Shown in pieces: positions 57,149-64,000 of a stretch of 64,000 nt of DNA (its first letter is position 1; every line of letters begins with the position of its first letter). Below the pieces are notes generated by a model. That model was not told the origin of the DNA, made no database searches, and was given only the letters and a program-made list of their open reading frames with translations. A program made the translations under genes and the position numbers. Origin of the DNA: Callorhinchus milii (taxonomy: Eukaryota); assembly GCF_018977255.1 (NCBI RefSeq), contig NW_024704742.1:78804001-78868000 (forward strand), read 5' to 3'.

Positions 57149-60100
57149 GCAGTTGGGAGGCAACAACTCTTTCCATTACATTTGACCTTAAGAGTAACAT
57201 TATATAACTCATGCAATATTGATTTTGCACTATCTTGTGAGACCCATGTATAAAATAAATTGTTCTGTTCAATATCAAAGGTAGATCCATATGAAGATAG
57301 TTGCAGAACATAATACTATGTAATGATTTGTTTCATGTTTGGCGTTTTCAGGTGAAGTGATAAATATCTTCCCATACCTGGTGCCAGTGGCCAAGGTTGA
57401 CTGGATGTTTGGTGACAAGTTTGGAATTGCGTTTACTATCTAGTCCTTGCTGGATAGTAAGATGTCCTTCCTCCAGTAGTAAGAGCCATGGATCATAGGA
57501 ATTTGCAGTATCAGCCAATGTCAGGAGGACTCCGTAGGATGCGAGTGTATAGAAGCGCAAGGATAATGTTGCCGACTCACCAAAGTGAAAGTCTTGCAAT
57601 GGCAGAGACAAGTATCCAAAGCCATGAAAACTGGTACCTGGAACAATAAGAAGTTTACAAAAGCAAACCATTAACTGGGATGTTCACTTCACATGCAAGG
57701 CGGTATATCAAATGGAATAATTATTATTTTATTATTATAATAAAGCCTTTCATGTCGGGAGGATGTCCCAAAGAGATTCAGAGGATATACCGTAAGGTGC
57801 AGTGACTGTGTGTTCTGTGGGCAAATTATGGTTCAAGTTTACATGCCAGTCACATAGCTCTACAAATCCAGGTTTGCACTATCTGAAATAGTTACAAAGC
57901 AAAAGCAGATGTTTCAAATGCAGACATTAAAATTCTGCTGGTGACAAAGGCAATGTTAGGAATATATTGCTGGAAGTTCAGTAATTTGGCTAATGGGGTG
58001 TGTGCAGTTTGTGTGAGACATCTCCTAGTTTTCCTTTCTCTCCTAACCCACTTTGTTATTAAATCTATTTTCACAAATTTGCTTCACACAAAAGCTAACA
58101 CAGAAACAGTGTTCCACGTACAGCATTACACCAGAACAGCACTGTCCAGCTTCAGCATGATGTTTGGGAAACTCATTGACTAACGCATTAGACAGATACA
58201 ATCACATCCCCAGACTTGGGCTGCATCTGAAAATAAATCTTTGCTTTCTCAGCTCAATCTCTTCTACCAAGATTGTCGGTAGCACTTGCTTTTCTGGTCC
58301 GGAAGGTGGTATATATAAGCACCATATCAGGAGCTCATGGTCTCAGCTGAGACTATAGTGCAGTAATGAGGAGCACTTGTTGTAGATGCTTTCTTTTGGA
58401 TGAAACTTTAAGCCTGTCTGCCTGTAGTCCTTAAATGGTTGTTAAGTGCTTTGAGACGTCCTTCCGTGGGTACGTTTAAATCTAAATTGTATTGTATTCT
58501 ATTGTACAATACAATTTACATTTATATAGCACCCTTCTGAGGTTTCGAAGCACGACAATGCTGGCTGGGCATTCAAATTGGGGATGGGAGTCAAAGTGGG
58601 TGGGGGGGGTTGGGCCCAATGATTGTAAAAGCTGTGAAGATCCCATTAAACCATTTGAGAACCAAAGGGATTTTCTCCTGGCATCTTGGCAAATAATCCT
58701 TCAGATAAACTAGTCATTCACCTCATGAATTATCTTATGTCGTAGCTGCAGCATGTGTTGTTTAGCACCTGGCGATATGTTATAATTGGCGTTTTCCAAT
58801 GAGATCGATCCAATCTCATATCAAATAATAATAATAATAATCCTTGCATTTGATATAGCGCTTTTCACGTCGGGAGGACGTCCCAAAGCGCTTCACAGAA
58901 CACACTGTAAAGTGAATTGACTGTATATTTGTGGGCGAACGCGGCAGCCAATTGCGCACAGCAATGTCCCACAAACAGTCATGGATTGAAAATGACCAAT
59001 TTATTATTGTTTTTGGTTTTGGAGGGATTATTATTAGGCTCTGTGTGGAGTAAGGAAACTTGCCCAAGGTTTCGCCCTGCCTGGAATTGAACTCAGATCT
59101 CTAGCTTGCAAAGCGAGTGCTCAACCACTGAGCTACAGGACTCCACAATGCATTATGAATCACTGCAAATTTCACCCATCACCTCAGAAATAACATTAAC
59201 CTCATGGACACCAACGTTCATCAATCCCCATTGAACACAACATTTATTTCCCTTGGTCTAATAACTTCATCACGTTCTCACAATAATCCTGGAACCTTGG
59301 AAGAAAGAAGAACACCTCATTCATAAATCACTTCTGACCTTTGCTGATAACGTGTTATCGGCAGAAGTCCCTCAATTCTATCCTTTATCATCAACTCCTT
59401 TCCCTGCTGCTGAATCTACACACACTGGCTTATAAATCTCTCCACGTCTGCCCTTTTTAATGGTCAGCACCACTTTAATCAGCCTCCTGGTATCTCTGAG
59501 CTAGTGAATATTTCTCTGTCTCTCCCCATGTTTCCTGCTTCCCTTCCTTTAGAATCATTGGATGCATTCCATTCCAAACATTCGTGTTGTTTATTCAATG
59601 TTTCCCCACTCCCCTCATGTTATTAAATCAACGTTTGCTCTATTAATATCTATCTTTGCTCAGCTCCTGCCATTAAAGCTCCCATCATCTTTGCTCTGGG
59701 ATCAGTAATGTCATTAAAATCAACAGTGAGAATCCATTTGCACCTTCATTCTCCGGTATAATCTCCCAAACTAATCTGTCACACTCTCATCGTTCAGCAG
59801 CACAAACTGTTGTCTAATGTTATGCCTATTATGAAAAAAAACTCTTCAAAAATCCACAAGGGACACTAAAATTATCTACCTACAAAATGTTTTTCAATTT
59901 CTGATTTAAATTATTCATACCACTACTCCTTTTGTTTAATCTTCTCTCAACAACCCAGTGTTTGAGCAGTACCTTCGTTCACCTGTTGCTCTTTACTAAC
60001 AACTGCAATCTAATAAAATGGAAATGGGGCAAACTTCGTTGGACAAGTCCCTGGTTGAAGCCTAACAATAAGATCGATTAATGTCCTCACGAAGGCACGA

Positions 60101-63100
60101 GATCTGAATTGCCAACTTCAAAAAGTCCCCAGCACAAAATGATTAGACTAAAGAAGGGGATGACTTTATTTGAAGTTCTTTCAGTGCAAATAACAATCCT
60201 TTTGAGATATATATCAAGGGCCTGAGTGACAGGATCTCAACCCACATTGCTATTTATCCTTCACTCCAACATGACCAATTGGATCACAAGCAATGACTGT
60301 GCTCGCTTGCAACTCAGATGGTGGTTTATAAACACTTTATTTTGCAGGCAGAGAATGAAATAACATTCAAAGGTAATGGAAATATTATCTATTGTGGCCA
60401 GAGAACCGTGAAAGAAACAAAAAACTTCACTAATGTAATATTGTGCTGGATAATGGCATTGAGATTTGGAAAACCACAAGCACACACCTAATATAAACTT
60501 CACAAATTTAGAAAATGATAATAATAATCCTTGTGTTTGATATGCGCCTTACCGCATCTTTGCGATGTCTCCAAGCGCTTCACAGGATATACTCTGTAGT
60601 GACTATGGATTTTGTAGGCAAATGTAGCAGCCGATTTGTGCGCAGCAAAGGCCCCCAAAAAACCATGAATGAACAATTTTATCTGAGAGTTGTTAGCCAG
60701 GATGTCTGGCTAGGATCTTATATGTCGCTTAATCAGACAGAAGGGATCTTGGCTTAATATCTCATCCAAAATTGCACCTCTGATAATGCAGCATCTCTAC
60801 TATTCACTTCAGCAGCACTTGAGTGTCAGCGTAGCCAGTGAGCTCAACACCACAATGCTGGGCTTAAACCTTCTGACTTTTGCCAAACCGTGCTCCCAAT
60901 GCAAGTTAAGTGGCTTCAGAATAATTTTAAGCACGGTAATTGGTTTTCATAGGTGTTCATTGGTTTTCATAGGTGTCCCTACCTACCTGCCCGTACCCTC
61001 CGTTCCTCTGGCTCCGGTCTGCTCCACGTCCCCCGCCCCAACCGCCCTACTATCGGTGGTCGGGCCTTCAGCCTCTCAGCCCAGGCTCTGGAACTCCATC
61101 CCCCAGTGCCTTCGCCGCCTCCTCCCTTTCCTCCTTCAAGGCCGGTCTCAAAACCTTTTCTCTTTGACCGTGCCTTCAGCTCCCCTCTCGACTCTCTTCC
61201 TCCTCCTCGCTCCCTCCCTTCCCTCCCCTCACCCTGACCATTTCCCCCTCCTCTCTCCCTCCCTTCCCTCCCCTCACCCTGACCATTTCCCCCCTGCTCG
61301 GGTCATGACCCAACTGTGCAGCGCCTTGGGACGTCCTCCTGACGTGAAAGGCGCTCTATAAATGGAATCTTGTTGTTGTTGTTGTTGTTGTTCAGACACC
61401 CGGTTGGCTAGAAAATTAATTCTCGATAATCAACCAGAATCAGTAAGATAAACGTAAGAGAAGTGTTTGAGGATTAGCATAATAGCTGAATAGCTGCACT
61501 CATAGGAACATAAATAGGATTGATAAAATATAACCACTCATAGGAATAGAGAAAGCTGAGCATGCTTTCCCATTTAGCTAGTTCATGGCAGTTGTTTATC
61601 GCATTTCTGAAGAGATTTTCCTGCATTCAGAATTTTCAAGCTCTCAGATCCCAAAATGCCATTTATAAAATCGGTGAATTATTCTTATTCTGGATTTGCA
61701 ATTTCAGTCCAGCCACAAAGCCGCTATTTTAAAGATTTAGGACTTTGTTTTTGAATTCTGTGATGATTCCAAAGATTATCATTGCATCACATTGAAGTAA
61801 AAAGTGTGGAATCTCGTAGCGTAGTGGTTAGAGCACTTGCCTTGCAAGCAACAAGACCTGGGTTCAATTCCTGGGCAAGGCAAAACCTTAAGGCAAGTTT
61901 TCTTACTCCACACGCCTCTGTTTACCTATTAGTAAGTAGGAACCCGGTTGTTAGTTGATTGGCGGATTGCTTTCAGAGTAATAATCCCTTGAAAAAATAA
62001 ATAATATAATTATTTGGTCACTTAATCCATGACTGTTTGTGGGACATTGCTGTGCACAATTGGCTGCTGCGTTTTGCCCCAAAATTATATTATCAATTCA
62101 CTTTATAGTATATTCCGTGAAACACTTTGAGACATCTTAACAACGTGATAAGGCACTATATCAAATGCAAGGATTATTATTCACTCACCACAGTAAATTA
62201 ATTTGATCTCTTTCTGTATATTTCTGTGTTCACAAATCACAGATGTCCAACATGGCCTTAGAGTAGATTGGACTTTAAAAAAAAAGTATTCATAAGACAG
62301 TGAAAAGGTTATTCACTGGGAAAAAAAAACTGTGAGTGACCATAAGAAACTTTAAAAAAGAAAGTTCAAAATAGGGATGAAAATTGCCGTTGTTCTGCTC
62401 GACATTCAGTTAAGTGCCTCAGAGAATATTTTCAGAATATTGGCATGCAATAACTTGTTCGCTCAATTCCTGACAGAGATTTGTTTAAACAATAAGGGAA
62501 GGTTTCTAACAAATAAGGATTGTTCAGTTTGCTTAATCAAAATGTGGGAGAATGATAGGCAGTTCCATTTGCAGTATTTATGCACTAGCAGTCTCCAAAA
62601 GGTACCCTGTTCTAAGAGATAAGTATTGTGAATAATGCTCCTCGGTCTATATTGTGTCAGTAAATTTACAGGTACACTGTGATAGGAGCTAGAATTCGGG
62701 CTGAAACAATAAAAGCCATTGTACCAGAAGATGGTTTCAAACTTTTAGCCATCCTATTCTTTCTGTGTGCAAACTCAGCATACTTGCTTAGTAAAGTAAT
62801 ATGGAAATAATTGTATGGTAATTTGTGTGTCAGTTTGGCTCGGTTGGTAATACTCTCACCTTTGAATCAGAAGGTTGTGAGTTCAAACCCAATTTTGAGA
62901 CTTGGAACTCATATAATCCAGGATGAAACTCCAATGCTATCCTGAAGGTGTGCTGCATTGTTAGAGGTTCTGCCCTTTGGATGAGACACGGTGCATGATA
63001 AAGATCCTGTGGCACTTTTTTGAAAAGAGAAGGCAGTTTCTCCTGGTGTACTGACCAACAGTTCCCCCCCAAATTGGTGATTCACTTCATGGATGTTTGT

Positions 63101-64000
63101 GGGACATTCCTTTATAGAACTTGGCTGCTGCATTCACCCACAAACCACACATTCACGTGATAACATATCCCATGAAAGGCTTTGGGATGTTGTCCTGATG
63201 TGAAAGGCACTATATCAAATGCAAGAATTATATCTTATTATTTATTTATATCAAATATAATTAATAAGCATTTAATATATGTAAGCTTTTAGAGATCAGG
63301 TGGGCTAAGCCCAAAGCCTTTAGGCTAATATGGTAAAAGTTATATTTTTGGCTCAGGGGAGCATGGATTTCAGTCTGCTTAGTCAGATAAATGCCGAGAA
63401 AGAAAAATGTTCATAGAAATCAACTAGCCTTGATGCACAACCTAAAATTTACAGAATAAAATCACATATTTTTCAAGGCTATAAAATAGCAGTGCTTGGA
63501 CCCTGAGTGGGTTCACCACTTACTTAAATAGGATACCACTTGGTAGTGCTTCTTAAGCATTTCTTAAATAGGTTAAGGAATGCTTTGAGGAATACCACAA
63601 AATTTACCTTTTTGTTCTTTAACGACAGCAAGAATTGTAACATTAAGATGTGCTTCCATTCTCTGCTCTTTTTCTTAAAATGTTTTGCTTGTGAGCCTTC
63701 AATATAGCAAATATGAACAGTCTGTTTCTTTCACTCTGTATTTACTATTGAGGATAGAATCCTGCCCTCTTAACAACAACAACAAAATTACATTTGCATA
63801 GAAACTTTCACTTCGGTAAGACATCCCAAGGTGCTGGACAGACAGAGTTAAGGACCCGAGCTAAGGGTCAGGGTGGGAGGTGGGGGGAAGGCATCGGGGG
63901 AAAGCAGGGAGATCAAAAGCACGGTCGAAGAGGAGGGTCTTGAGGTGGGTCTTGAAGGTGGCGAGGGAGGGGGTGAGACGGAGGGACTACGGGATGGAGT
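57149..64000 (+). repeat. Near-identical direct duplicate of 20894-27702, including SINE copies (58824-59146, 61805-62180) and L2 copies (60975-61392, 63773-64000)
   Basis: Initial offset 36255; colinear throughout; differences are mostly homopolymer indels and scattered substitutions. Confidence 0.97.
57378..57637 (-). CDS. Duplicate copy of the 21123-21382 LG exon, probably allelic or an assembly artefact
   Basis: Identical translation and splice sites, but out of order relative to the exon chain and next to a gap. Confidence 0.5.

Overview
Eukaryotic, repeat-rich vertebrate DNA. The L2 LINE / Deu-type tRNA-SINE / CR1 / Penelope content suggests a cartilaginous fish, possibly a chimaera (inference). 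The main feature is the internal part of a minus-strand gene that the ORF track mostly misses. I rebuilt nine exons between 50247 and 1879, all with GT-AG sites and consistent phases. They splice into one open frame of 498 codons encoding three tandem laminin-G domains arranged like laminin-alpha LG1-LG3, but very divergent. The gene continues past the left edge, and its upstream exons were not found. The introns hold many L2 fragments (one young copy keeps an intact RT C-terminal ORF), young and old tRNA-derived SINEs sharing the L2 3' end, CR1 remnants, a decayed R4/Dong-like RLE retrotransposon, Penelope-type remnants with hammerhead-like cores, and small hAT and Tc1/mariner MITEs. Unexplained structures include a 156-bp inverted repeat pair and two adjacent pre-miRNA-sized hairpins. 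After a 30-N gap (57048-57077), 57149-64000 is a near-identical second copy of 20894-27702, most likely an uncollapsed haplotype. Repeat boundaries are read by eye and approximate; no database searches were run.
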